Shown piece after piece: positions 14,220 through 26,525 of a stretch of 64,000 nt of DNA. The position numbers and the translations under genes are program-made. The DNA is from Octopus vulgaris (Eukaryota). The stretch is from the NCBI GenBank assembly GCA_951406725.2, contig OX597814.1, positions 5,084,001 through 5,148,000 on the forward strand, given 5' to 3'. Below the pieces are notes generated by a model that worked only from the letters and a program-made list of their open reading frames with translations, did no database searches and was not told the DNA's origin. Position 1 is the first letter of the stretch. Each line of letters starts with the position of its first letter.

Positions 14220-14425
14220 TATTTACATTTGACGGATATTTTTCCTCATCTTGTTTGTACTCTCCAGCCTTCATCAGGTGTCTTGGGGAAATTTCAAACC
14301 TGGGTTCCTAAGGTATTTTTCAATATTATTATTCAGGTCACTGAACTCGAAATCTTGGGGTTAGTAGCCTGTGCTCTTAACCACTACGCTATATGCCCTT
14401 GGGAAATTATGGAGTGAATTTTAGG
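14220..14425 (-). mobile_element. Penelope terminal repeat (pLTR) remnant with 5' half of a hammerhead motif
   Basis: Reverse-complement similarity to 15122-15300. Minus strand reads AAGACAC-CTGATGA-AGGCTGGAG. Confidence 0.65.
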
Positions 14426-14427
14426 GC

Positions 14428-15121
14428 TTATAAATCTAATATTCTCCTATCCTTCCTTAATACCGGTTCCCATATGCTACTCATATCTGCACCAGGTCTG
14501 CTTAGGAGGTTGTTGTGTCCTAGCATATGTGCTGCTTCTTTTAGTTTTCGTATTTTCCAGTGGCATTCTCTGTCTATTATTTTAACTTCATCCCACAGGA
14601 GGAGGTGGTCTCCATTTTCCCATACATGATCAGCTATACCCGATTTATCAGTATCTCCTCGTGTCACAGCTTTGCGATGTTCCTCTACCCTTATTTTGAG
14701 GGTGCAGCATGTTTCGCCTTTGTATACCCTACCCCAGCTGCATGGGATGGAGTACATGCAGTCTTTGGTCACATTCTCTTCTATTGGTGGTTTTACTCGA
14801 AGGAGATATTTGCGAAGTGTTGTATTACTCTTGAATACTGTCCTGATGTCATATGGGCCACAAATCTTTTGTATCTTTTCGGAGAGGCCTTTCACATAGG
14901 GTAGACAAACTGTGGACAGTTTATTGACCTCATCCTCTCTCTTCTTCATAATTGGAGTGGATAGTATACTTTTGGGGTTAGTTGTTGCTTAATGGATTGT
15001 TATTGAGCTTGATCATTTCTTCGTGGTGGGTATCACGATTGCTACTTATATTCTTTGCACAGTGTTTTAGACACTGAGCAATCCTTCTCTTTACACTGTA
15101 TGGATGGTGGGAAGTGAAGTA
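14428..15121 (-). mobile_element. Penelope-like retroelement 3' fragment (RT thumb + GIY-YIG endonuclease)
   Basis: ORF 14428-14949 has LPYVKGLSEKI...CMYSIPCSWGRVYKGET...RVEEH...SGIADHVW...RKLKEA (PLE GIY-YIG motifs). Upstream degenerate YFTSHHP thumb motif. Confidence 0.9.
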
Positions 15122-15300
15122 ACCTGAATAATAATAATAATAACATCGAAAAATACGTTAGGAATGAGAACCCAGGTTCGAAATTTCTCCTGATGAAGGC
15201 TGGAGGGTATATCAGCCGAAACGTTGTGTTAACAACAAACTAGATGAGGACAAATATCTGTCAAATGTACATAATTCTTCATCTCTTAAATATAGAACTG
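15122..15300 (+). mobile_element. Inverted Penelope pLTR remnant carrying a hammerhead core
   Basis: CTGATGA-A-GGCTG-loop-CAGCC-GAAACGT-T-GTGTT at 15190-15230; inverted relative to the PLE ORF. Confidence 0.7.
15184..15230 (+). ncRNA. Minimal type-I hammerhead ribozyme-like motif (Penelope-associated)
   Basis: Canonical CUGAUGA and GAAA cores, 5-bp stem II GGCUG/CAGCC, palindromic ACGU stem III. The 5' strand of stem I is partly deleted in this copy. Confidence 0.65.
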
Positions 15301-18300
15301 TAGCGTTTGGCATGGGTTGGACGGTCTGACCAGATGCAATGGGCAGTGTACCCTGTTTTCTATGGCTGGACGATCTTCTTAACTCCAACATGTGCCGGGT
15401 GCTTTTTTCATATTGCGAGGTCACCATTGCAGCTTGCAAGACCACAAACCTTAATTGGAAAGAGGAGTCTTTATGCTGGATGAATAAGGAGAGGAGGAGT
15501 AAAGTATGAAAGGACCAGAAGTGGTTTGCTGCTGTGGAGGGGAAAATGTGGGGGCAAGGAGCAGGAAAGTGATAAAAACCTTCAAAAGACCCAAGGTTGA
15601 AGCTGGGGTGCCAGGAGGAGTGCTTTGGTACTCAAAGCTGTTCAAAAAGTTAATTTTGCTCTTAATTGATCCCCTTATTGTCTTGATTCTCTAACACACC
15701 TGTGAAAAAAGTAGGCCACTTATTCTGTCCCTCAGGTGTTACTTGGTGTGTTGGAATGGCCCAGTGGTTAGGGCAACGGACTTGCGGTCATAGGATCGCG
15801 GTTTCAATTCCCAGACCGGGCGTTGTGAGTGTTTATTGAGCGAAAACACCTAAAGCTCCATGAGGCTCCGGCAGGGGATGGTGGTGATCCCTGCTGTACT
15901 CTTTCACCACAACTTTCTCTCACTCTTACTTCCTGTTTCTGTTGTACCTGTATTTCAAAGGGCCGGCCTTGTCACTCTCTCTGTCACGCTGAATATCCCC
16001 GAGAACTACGTTAAGGGTACACGTGTCTGTGGAGTGCTCAGCCACTTACACGCTAATTTCACGAGCAGGCTGTTCCGTTGATTCGGATCAACTGGAACCC
16101 TCGTCGTCGTAACCGACGGAGTGCTTCCCCCACTTAGTGTGTTGGAATAGTTATTCCTTTCTGCCATTCATTACATTGGACATTTCTGAATGGTTTTTAA
16201 ATCGAATCATCCCCCATCAGGAATTATTGCTATTTTCTGATTAAAAACTAATGCTAATTACCTTTCTCGTCTCATTATGTCTACTAACGTAAGACAAATA
16301 ACAAGTTTCTTTGACAACATCTCACCTCCATTCATTGTTTGACCAACAGACACAGATACACTTGCTTGATTCACTGAGGCACTAGAAAGACTAATGGACA
16401 CTGCCCCTCTGCCTCTTACTCTCTCTTTTACTTGTTTCAGTCATTTGACTGCGGCCATGCTGGAGCACCGCCTTTAATCGAGCAACTCGACCCCGGGACT
16501 TATTCTTTGTAAGCCCAGTACTTATTCTATCGGTCTCTTTTGCCGAACCGCTAAGTGATGGGGACGTAAACACACCAGCATCGGTTGTCAAGCAATGCTA
16601 GGGGGACAAACATAGACACACTGGTTGATAAACAAGCTACTTACCACACAGTCACTCCTGCGCCTGGCCACTTATCATGTAAAACAAACAAACAAAAAAA
16701 CCTTGCTAGGTATTTGCTTTTCTCGTCAAATGTTTTTCACGTAAAAATCCAAACCGGTTGTAAATATTAATGATCTGTACCATCCTTGCAGTATTTCGCT
16801 TGTCCTTGTTGTGTTACCAAGTAATTTAGGGAGACTTAACTTTTGCATCAATAAACCACTCCATCATTATCGTTTAACGTCCGGTTTCCATGCTGGCATG
16901 GGTTGGACAGTTTGACTGGGGTCTGGGAAGCCAGGAGGCTGCACCAGGCTCCAGTCTGATCTGCCCTTCCTAATGCCAACCACTCAGAGAGTGTAGTGGG
17001 TGCTTTTTACGTGCCACTGGCACAAGAGCCAGTCAGGCAGCACTGGCATCGATCATGTTTGGATGGTGCTTTTACATGCCACCAGCATGGGACCCAGTCA
17101 AGACGCCGTTGGCATCAGCCACGTTCAGATGGTGCTTTTTACGTGCCACCAACACAGGAGCCAGTCAGGGCAAGGGGGCAGGCATCGACCACGTTTGAAT
17201 GGTGCTTTTTACGTTCCACTGTCACAGGGAGCCAGACAGGCAGCGCTGGCATGTGCCAATAAAATTACATTCTGAAATGATGGCTGGGTTCAAACTGCCC
17301 AACTCATGCTACAATAGAAGATGGGTGATGATTATAACCGATCACACATCACAGAGCATATTACTTATTAAGATACATGTATGGTCATCAGTTTGATGGT
17401 AATGATAAGCATATGGTATGTGTTGGGAGGGGTGTCCTGCTGTAGCCATGAAATTTACTGCTTCAGGCAAAATTTCAAAACCTTCTCTACAATCAAGTGC
17501 AATGAAGTGCTGAAGTGAACAATAAAGGGCCAAGAGAACGTTAAAGGGCCAAAGGGAACATGGCACTTTATTAATTTTAATACAACAGCTTCAAGTTTTA
17601 AGTAACAGGCTCCAGTCTGACCTGGCAGTGTTTCTACAGCTGGATGCCCTTCCTAATGCCAACCACTCAGAGAGTGTAGTGGGTGCTTTTTACGTGCCAC
17701 TGGCACAAGAGCCAGTCAGGCAGCACTGGCATCGATCATGTTTGGATATGTCTGAATAAAAGGTATGAATGTCATGGATGGAACTGCTCTGATCATTGTA
17801 TCTGCTGGATCAAGGTTCAGATCTGTTAATTGCTCCTAACAAAATTAAATCCAGACATTTTCATTTGTGTAATTCTCGTTAACCCTGACAGAATTAATTA
17901 TTGATTGAGATTGATTTACAAATTCTCCTGAAATCCAATCAATACTTAATATGGTAATCAATAATCCAGCCTTGAAACTTCAAAGTATTAATGAATGCTG
18001 AGAATCGTTAAAATTTTTGGAATTATTTCAGCCGTTTAAAATATATTTCTTTGCTATTTAAAACAATTTCACAATAAAATAAAATTCAATTCACTTGTGT
18101 AAACACTTTTGATTTCATTCTTCTCATAGAATAACCATAAATCAGTTTAAACAGGAAAAAGAGAATTTTATTCTCAGCCAATAGTTTTTTTGTTTGTTTG
18201 TTTTTTCTACATTTAAGAAATTTTTTCCCTTAATTCTTGTATTTGCTTAAAAAATAAAATTGTTGACACAACCACATAATTGAAAATTGAGTTTAAATAA

Positions 18301-19072
18301 TTGACCCCTTTTCATAGCAACCGACCTGAGACTGTCCCTGGTTCCAGATACAAATTCCCTCTTTCAAAGTTATCCAAGTCTAAATTGTCCATCAAAATCT
18401 CACGTTAATTTTAATAAAGTTATTTTGTTTTACTAAATTTCTCATTATTATCACAATTATTTGACTTCAATGCATTTCAATAGAAATATGGTAAAAAATG
18501 TGGGGAGGGGGGGTTAAAGTGATTCAAATTAAAAGCTGCCCTCAAAATTCCATGTTAATTTCTGTTCCAAATCACCAGTTTAATAATGACCAAGTTATTT
18601 TACTAAATTTGTCATTATTTGAAATAAAAGCAGTGGCTGAGTGGTAAGTCGCTTGCTAACCAACCACATGGTTCCAGGTTCAGTCCCACTGTGTGGCATC
18701 TTGAGCAAGTGTCTTCTGCTATAACCCCAGGCCGACTAATGCCTTGTGAGTGGATTTGGTAGACAGAAACTGAAAGAAGCCTGTCGTATATATGTATATA
18801 TATATATATATGAGTGTATATGTGTTTGTGTGTCTGTGTTTGTCCCCCTAGCATTGCTTGACAACCGATGCTGGTGTGTTTACGTCCCCGTCACTTAGCG
18901 GTTCGGTAAAAGAGACCGATAGAATAAGTACTGGACTTACAAAGAATAAGTCCCGGGGTCGATTTGCTCGACTAAAGGCGGTGCTCCAGCATGGCCGCAG
19001 TCAAATGACTGAAACAAGTAAAAGAGTAAAAGAGAGTATGTGAACAAAAATACTTGATAAGCAACAAACGAG

Positions 19073-19494
19073 TTAACTCGTTAGCATTTAAATTACACTA
19101 TCAAATGTAATGCTTATTAATTCCCGTTGCTTTGAATTAATCCTGCATTATCTGTCGCAGCTTTGAACTTTCAGTGACGTGATTGTTTGTTTTTAGGTGT
19201 ATGAGGCCAGACTTGTGACGATTTGAACTCAAAACAGCTGGAATATCTGCGCCTGATGTGGCTGGTTTCAATGCTGAAGGCTTAACCTTTTAGCATTCAA
19301 ACCGGCCATATCCGGCCTAAATATTCTACCTCTTTTATGTTCAAAACCAGTCAGATCCAGTCTCTTACACCTATCCTTCAATATCATTCCCAGCGTAAAG
19401 AGTCACATCACAGAAATCTCAAAGCTATGAGAGAATGCACGGCGAATAAACAAGCGTCACATTTGGTAGAATAGTCTGAATACCAAAGGGTTAA
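19073..19494. mobile_element. Two piggyBac-like MITEs of a second family in opposite orientation sharing a TTAA (19282-19285)
   Basis: TTAA-bounded units 19073-19285 and 19282-19494 are approximate reverse complements; same family as 31832-32295. Confidence 0.7.
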
Positions 19495-21829
19495 GCAACG
19501 GGTCTCCAGGAAGTTCATGATTCTGTGTCATTAGCTTATAGATGGAAACGTCTTTAGACCATTTTTACTAAAACTGATAAGACTTAAATCTAAAAACCGC
19601 TGCCATTAAATGCTGCCTGGTTGTTGTTGTTGTGTGTTACCATTCCTTGTAGAAGCCATTTCAGTTCTCTTGGAACCACTTGCAGCAGTAATCTTTTAAA
19701 AGGAATCACCATGACATAATTCTGTTCACGCTTCCCTCTCCAAAGTCTGGCACCAACCAGTCTTTGAGAAATCAATATCGTATCCACTTCATAGCAAAAG
19801 ACCTTGTTGCCAAGGAAACAGTTTATAAAGAACACAATTTATGACATATCTTGGTTTGTTTGTTTGTTTTTTTTCCTTGTTTTTCTGTCTACATACAATT
19901 ATGTACACGTGTGTGTGTGTGTGTGTGTGTGTATATCTATCTATGTATATCGTTTTAAACAATTTTTATGTAATTTCCTCAGTGTCATTATGTCTAATCA
20001 AATCAAACTGAAGATTTTTTTCCCTCTGTTGTTGTTAAAGAAACCGATTCCATTGGTGCAAATGTTTCCATTGCAGCCGATGTGCTTCTTGTAATTGTCT
20101 GACTTTTATTGCTCTTAGTCGGCCATTTCAGAATTTACAAACCGAAGTTCTTGGAATGTTTCAAATTAATAAATAATGGAACCATTTCAATTAGTTTTCA
20201 CTGATGCAATCTCGCTGCTGCTGCTGCTGCTACTACTGCTGCTGCTGCTGCTGTTACATTTTTTTTTCAAGAAGCAGCCACTTGAGTTGCAACATTTCTA
20301 ATTCCATTAACCGCTTTCAAGATCCAAGAATTTATTTCCTCAATCTTTGTTTGTTTGTCTTAGACTTTTACTGATTCAATATACTCAAGTGGGGTGGGGG
20401 GGTGATTTATATATTTATTTAATGATGCCACCATTGAACAATGATGATGGTGGTGGTGGTGGTGGTGGTGGTGGTGGTGGCAGTGGCATTGTTGGTTATG
20501 GGTTTTCAAGCGATCATTTGGTCATTGTATTTCCACCAATGACAATCACGAGGAAGTGTCTGTAACCCACTGCAGAACAAATATTTCATGGGACTTCATT
20601 TATAAAACACCAGCTTTTTTCTTCACGCTCCGATGTTTACACACATACACATTCACACAGAATCCGTTAACCAAATTCCACTTGCAAGGTACCGATCGAC
20701 ACTGGGGTCAAACTGGCCAACTCATGCTACAGTAGAAGATGGGTGATGATTATAACCCATCACGCCTCACAGAGCATATTACTTATTAAGATACATGTAT
20801 GGTCATCAGTTTGATGGTAATGATAAGCATATGGTATGTGTTAGGAGGGGTGTCCTGCTGTAGGAACAACCATTCCAAAGCAGGCATTGGAACTTGGTAC
20901 AGCCTTCTGGATCATCAGTTCAGGTTGAACCATCTAACGCATGCCAGGGATGAAAAAGGGATCCAGTCCCCACCCGTTTCCAATATTTCCCAGTGTTTTT
21001 GTGGAAGACTGGAAACGAAGGGCACTTGTTGTGTGGGGGTGATGCTTGGGGACAATTATCCGGCAACACACACAGGAGAGGCTTCTTTTCAAATTTCGTC
21101 CACCAAATTCACTGACCAGGCTTTGGTCAGCCTGGGGCTATTGTAGAAGGCATTTGCCTAAGGGGCCGAGGATTGAACTCAAAACCTCGCTGTTGGGAAG
21201 CAAGCGTCTTGACCAGACAGCCATGTCTGTTCCTAAACATTTGTTTCTTCCCAAATGCCTGAAATTGGAAGCCACAGCATTCTCCCTTGTTTATTGTGTC
21301 GTAGTAATGTCTCTAAATATCTCTTTCCTCGTATAATGACTTTTATCAATTATTCACGTGTAATTACAACAATTAATAATCAAACATTACATAAATTTAA
21401 TTTCACATTGTCTACACTGAATGTGGTGGTGGTCAGGGATGGAGGTTTATCAACACATGAAACAAATTTCAAATTCATTAAACTCTATTATTTATGATAA
21501 TCACCATTGTTATTGCTGTTTTAATGAGTACAAATATGTGAATATACTAGCAACAATTATTGTTGTTGTTCTTATTCATTACTCCTGTTATCATCGTCAT
21601 CATCATCATTATTATTATTATTATTCCTCATATGTTCAATGTTCTATTTTCTAGTGACTTCATTGTCTTTGCTTATAAACCATTTTGTATTTGGAAATGA
21701 ATGCAATCTGTTGATTGGTGTTCATTCAGTGTAAATAATTCTTCTCCTACAACAAATAAATCTAACATGTCTGAAAAGTTTGGTTTGGAAACAAAAGAAA
21801 TTCTTTGTCGTGATGGGAATTAAAAACAT

Positions 21830-22243
21830 AGTAAAGATTGTTTGCCAACATAACATGGCAGTCCTGGTTTAGGACGAATGTTGCTGTAATTTAGCCCCAG
21901 GAGACATCGTCTCCAGCTGGCTATACGACACGATCTGTGTCCTTATATTTTCGAACAAGGGAATCTAGCACCCCCTACTCAGCTCAAAACAATATCTGTG
22001 TATTGCAAATTCCAGGTTATTTCCCTTCATCAGCACAGAATAACTGTCTGGGTAGAGGTGGTGCTGCCAAATTCCCGTTCGAAATATATAGTTTTCAAAG
22101 TGACCACTAGTCACTGATCTATAAATTAGAAAATTACTATTTTTATATAAGGACACAGATTGTGATGTCTCCTGGGGCTAAAATTACAGCAACATTCGTC
22201 CTAAACCAGGACTGCCATGTTATGTTGGCAAACAGTCTTTACT
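21830..22243. repeat. ~80-100 bp near-perfect inverted repeat enclosing a Penelope-type terminal repeat
   Basis: AGTAAAGATTGTTTGCCAACATAACATGGCAGTCCTGGTTTAGGACGAATG... and its reverse complement at ~22145-22243. Confidence 0.85.
21995..22039 (-). ncRNA. Degenerate hammerhead-like motif
   Basis: Minus strand: UCUGUG-CUGAUGA-AGG gaaauaa CCU-GGAA-UUUGCAAU-A-CACAGA. 6-bp stem I; GAAA core mutated. Confidence 0.5.
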
Positions 22244-23444
22244 CCAAAGTACTGTTGCTGAAAATCTCTCGTTGTGAGATTTAAAAATAGTAATTTTCTA
22301 ATTAAAAACATAGTCTTCGTTGTTTTAACGTGCACTTTTTTATGTTTGTATGGGTCAGGCAGAACTTGTTGAGACTGTCCAGTGGTGGCCACATGCTTTT
22401 CCTGTTGACAACCCTCACCTCTTAACAGATAATATTTCCTCTTGGGCAGAGAGGTTTTCATGGGAAATTCATTAAAAAAAAAAAAGACATTTATTGTGTG
22501 ACAGGGACACTTGTTCACAACGATCAAGTGATGTCAAGATAAGGAGACACACACTTTCTATGCTCACAGATTTTGTAGATTCACTGTAATTATTATAGTC
22601 GTCATCATCATCGTTTAACGTCCACTTTCCATGCTGGCATGGGTTGGACAGTTTTTGACTGAGGACTGGTAAGCCAGGTGGCCTCACCAGGCTCCTATCT
22701 AATTTGGTAATGTTTCTACAGCTGGATGCCCTTCCTAATGCCAACCACTCTGAGAGTGTAGTGGGTGCTTTCATGTGCCACTGGCACAGGAGCCAGTCAG
22801 GTGGAACTGGCATCGGCCATGTTTGGATGGTGCTTTTTACGTGCCACTGGCACGGGAGCCAGTCAGGTGGAACTGGCATCGGCCATGTTTGGATGGTGCT
22901 TTTTATGTGCCACTGGCATTGGGAGCCAATTAGGGTGGTGGAGGGGAGGCTAAGCAAAAATGCTAATTCTAAAATCTTTGTAAGATGTATCAACACAGTT
23001 GTTGTACTAACGAGGAATTGTTTGTAGCCCCTTCAACATGGCCGTCTGTTTGAACAGGCTTTACTTTTAACCCCGAGAGGACATCTCCTCTTGCTGGATA
23101 ACGATGCACAGCTGCATCCGAGATATTGCAAGCAGGGGAGCGAACCCCTACCACCTTCTAGCGACAGGACCAGCATACCAGCCTGGTTTCCAGCTATCTC
23201 TGCCTCTCTTTAGTTCTGGACACCTCGTCTGCTAGAGATGGCAGTAGCTCGTCTCTGCCAGCCATAATTTCAAGCGAACACACAGTCACTGATTTTGCAA
23301 AAAAAAAAATACTCATTCTAAAATCTCTGTAAGAGACCAATGCAGTAGATGTCTGTCCATTCGTAAATGGTTGTCCATTTCTTTAAATAATTAACAGGGA
23401 AGACAGAGTAAGCTTTATTTAGAATGATGATCATTTCAGTTTAC

Positions 23445-23795
23445 TTCTACTACACCTACACTCGCCTCCTTATGAGAGCTCAAAATCTCTCGTGGAAGCG
23501 CCATCCAACCAAAATGCAAATATATGGGAAACTACCACCTGTATCATCTCTTGTGAAAGGTAGAAGAGTCCAGTTTGCTGGACATTGTTGTAGAGCTGAA
23601 AAAGAGGTAATTTCTACTCTTCTCCTCTGGAAGCCATCTACTTGCAATACCAGAGGGCGCACACTCTCCTACCCTGATGTAATCTCCAGGGATACAGGCA
23701 TCCAGCAACAGGACCTCCGTAATGCCATAATGGACCGCGAAGTCTGGCGTAGCATGGTAAATTCCATTGTCTCGACCACGGTCGAACAATGATGA
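23445..23795 (+). mobile_element. RTE-type LINE 3' end; shorter copies at ~2270-2505 (-) and ~30625-30770 (+)
   Basis: YTRLLMRAQNLSWKRH...RRVQFAGHCCR...LLLWKP...MDREVWR; (GAT)n tail. Confidence 0.85.
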
Positions 23796-24879
23796 CTGCA
23801 CGGCTCGCTAGAGGGGAGAGGGGGACACTAAAATGGAATCAAATGCACCCCACAATTCAGAAGAAAACCTATCAGGTTACATAATGTGTACATTTCACTA
23901 CTGTACGTGGCAGGATGGTGGATGCTTATAGGAGTTTGCAGATCTATTAATGAGGCACCATCCGTTCGTGGCCGTTTGCCAGCTCCATCTGGCACCTGTG
24001 TGGGTGGCACGTAAAAAGCACCCACTACACTCACAGAGTGGTTGGCGTTAGGAAGGGCATCCAGCTGTAGAAACACTGCCAGATCAGACTGGGCCTGGTG
24101 CAGCCTTCTGGCTTCCCAGACCCCAGTTGAACCGTCCAACCCATGCTAGCATGGAAAGAGGACGCTAAATGATGATGATGATGTGGTGAACATGCTCTCC
24201 GGGCACATTACCAGGGACACACCCCCAAAACAAAGTTTGGATACTACATTTTAAAATCTTCTATCTAAACTTTGAACATAACCTATAATATATATGTAAT
24301 GGCATTAGGAAGGGCATCCAGCCATAGTAACCATACCAAAAAAGGGGTGGGAGCCCAGGCAGCTCTTCCGCTGGCCAGCTCCTGTCACTCTGCCCAACCC
24401 GTACCATCATGGAAACGGACATTAAATGATAATGGTATCATCTTCATCATCCGGTACTTCCCATACTGTCGTGAGTTAGATGGTTTGACCGGAACTGGAA
24501 AGCTGGAGATACATTCTTGGAAATGTGTAGGAAAATCTGGCTGTAGAAAACCTGCCTCAGTGAGTTGCATCTGACCCTAGCAAGCCTGGGAAAGTAAACC
24601 TTAAAATAACGGCACACACGCATAATAGTGTAAACTCTACACACGTCTTTGTGAATGTGTATTTGTTCATGTAAAACAATAGAAATAGAGAGAGAGAGAG
24701 AGAGTGTGTGTGTGTGTGTGAGGTTGATGATTTGATGAGTAAAATAATAAGTGTACTTATTGTGCATGGGGGGGGGGGAAGAAGTGGTAAAAGATGATGT
24801 AGGGAGTGTGGGAAAGAACACATTGAATGTATAGAGGAGGGATTAATTAAAAATGATTAACTAAAAATGATGTGAAGAT

Positions 24880-25500
24880 GATTGTATAATGTGATGGTTA
24901 GATTGGGGTGTCGGATGTTCATGGAGGGGAGTGTTGGGCTGAACTAGGGAAAGGGTGAAAACAGCATTTTGTTACCTTGGAGACAGTGGGTCAGACTTGG
25001 CAGCAGAGGGTCAAGTGAGATGTGTTCTGGAAGATCAGTGGTGGGAAAGATGTAGGTTGTATTATGTGGAAAGAATTGTGGCAGTGGTGGGAAGGTAGCA
25101 GAGGGTTGGGGGTTGGAAACGAATGGAAATGAGAATGGTCCGGTGGTCGAACGAGAGTATCACTGATGGAGAAGACAAACGTGGAACTGTAGTGGATGAT
25201 GGAATAAAGGAGGAGGCCGTGGATGAGTGTTGGGAAGAGAAATGGGATGAGATGGTTGGATGGTGTGATGAGGAAGGAGAAGAGTGATTTGGCTGAGAGA
25301 GAATTGATGGAAATGTATGAGAAAGGGGGGAAGACTGGGAAAAGAGACAATGGAGAGGAAATGGAAACAAGGGCAAAAGATGAGGAAGATGCAGAGAACT
25401 GTCTTGAAACCAGCAGGGCTGACTTGTACTTTAAAAGCAGGGCAAAACAGCCGAGAAGCATTTGTTCTACGTATCTTTGCACTTGGGAATAACAATGTGT
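24880..25500 (-). mobile_element. Highly decayed LINE-like relic; a related purine-rich relic lies at ~56100-56460
   Basis: Purine-rich plus strand with faint RT-like motifs and local similarity between the two regions. Confidence 0.35.
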
Positions 25501-25549
25501 TGAGAAATCTAATATTTGAGTAAATCACATCAGCATTTCTCTTGTTTAG

Positions 25550-25682
25550 CTAAAGTTTTGTGAAACCATTCTGGAGCAATTCCCTCCCCACGCCAGTGAT
25601 GACATCAGACAATCATCTGAGATTCCTTACTTTCTTCCCTCTGTCAGACTGTGTCATCACAAAACACCAACCAGAGAAAATG
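25550..25682 (+). CDS. Weak candidate upstream exon of the PX gene
   Basis: TTTCTCTTGTTTAG acceptor. Open frame LKFCETILEQFPPHASDDIRQSSEIPYFLPS... resembles PX 'LLDKFP...IIPFLPG'. Only a weak phase-1 donor (GTGATA at 25683) is available. Confidence 0.2.
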
Positions 25683-25944
25683 GTGATATTTTAACTACTT
25701 TCAGTTGTTATTGTTTGTTTTTCATTCATTTCTCAAGTTTCCATTGAAATAAATAAACCCTGGCACTAATTAGGAATAATGGACATTAATTACTGCTGTT
25801 GTACAGACAGTGCGGAGGGGTGGCGGGTGTCTGGCGAAGTCACCAACTTTGAATTGTGTCAGTCTTCCACTTTCCAAGGACATCAATTGTAACAGTGTTG
25901 TTTATTGTTGTTGTAAACAATCGAAAAAGAAGGGGGTGGGAGGG

Positions 25945-26525
25945 GGGGCTCCCTTGAGGTTGTAGATAGTTTCTGTTACCTAGGTAACCAAATTAGCAAT
26001 GGTGGAGGATGCTCTGAAAGTATTGTTTCTAGAATAAGAATAGGATGGAGGAAGTTCAGAGAGCTGCTACCTCTGTTGGCAACGAAAGGACTCTCGGAGT
26101 GAAAGGTAGATTGTATGATGCCTGGGTGCGAACAGCTGTATTACACGATGGGGGGACATGGGCTCTGACTGCAGAAGAGATGTGTAGACTTGGAAAGAAA
26201 CAAAGGCAGTATGCTTGGATGAGCAACATCATTGTGCTTGGATGGCAAAGTGCAAATGTGTTGAGAGAAAAGGTTGGGCATGAGAGGAATCAAATGTAGC
26301 TTGCAAGAGAGAAGACTACGTTGGTTTGGAGATGTGAGGCGTATGAATGAGGACAGATGGTATAAAGAAGTGCAGATCACTGAAAGTGGATGGTACCTGT
26401 GGAAGAGGGAGAACCAGGAAGACACGGGATGAAGTGGGAAGGACCAATCTCAGGATGTTGGGCCCCATGGAGAAAATGACAATGCACTGAGATGTCTGGT
26501 GATATGAAGTTCTTGAGAAGATCTG
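25945..26525 (+). mobile_element. Degenerate RTE LINE (RT C-terminal region)
   Basis: LEVVDSFCYLG...RIRIGWRKFRELLPLL...KGRLYDAWVR...RRLRWFG, with frameshifts. Confidence 0.85.

Noticed and set aside
15752-15825. SINE heads as functional tRNA genes
   Set aside because: No intact cloverleaf, and they are embedded in multi-copy SINE bodies.
22472-23027. Recurrent 'LQLDALPNANH' / 'CQWHVKST' ORFs and ~60-bp periodic units resembling a CRISPR-like array
   Set aside because: Internal tandem units of SINE family A. There are no unique spacers and no cas genes, and the context is eukaryotic.
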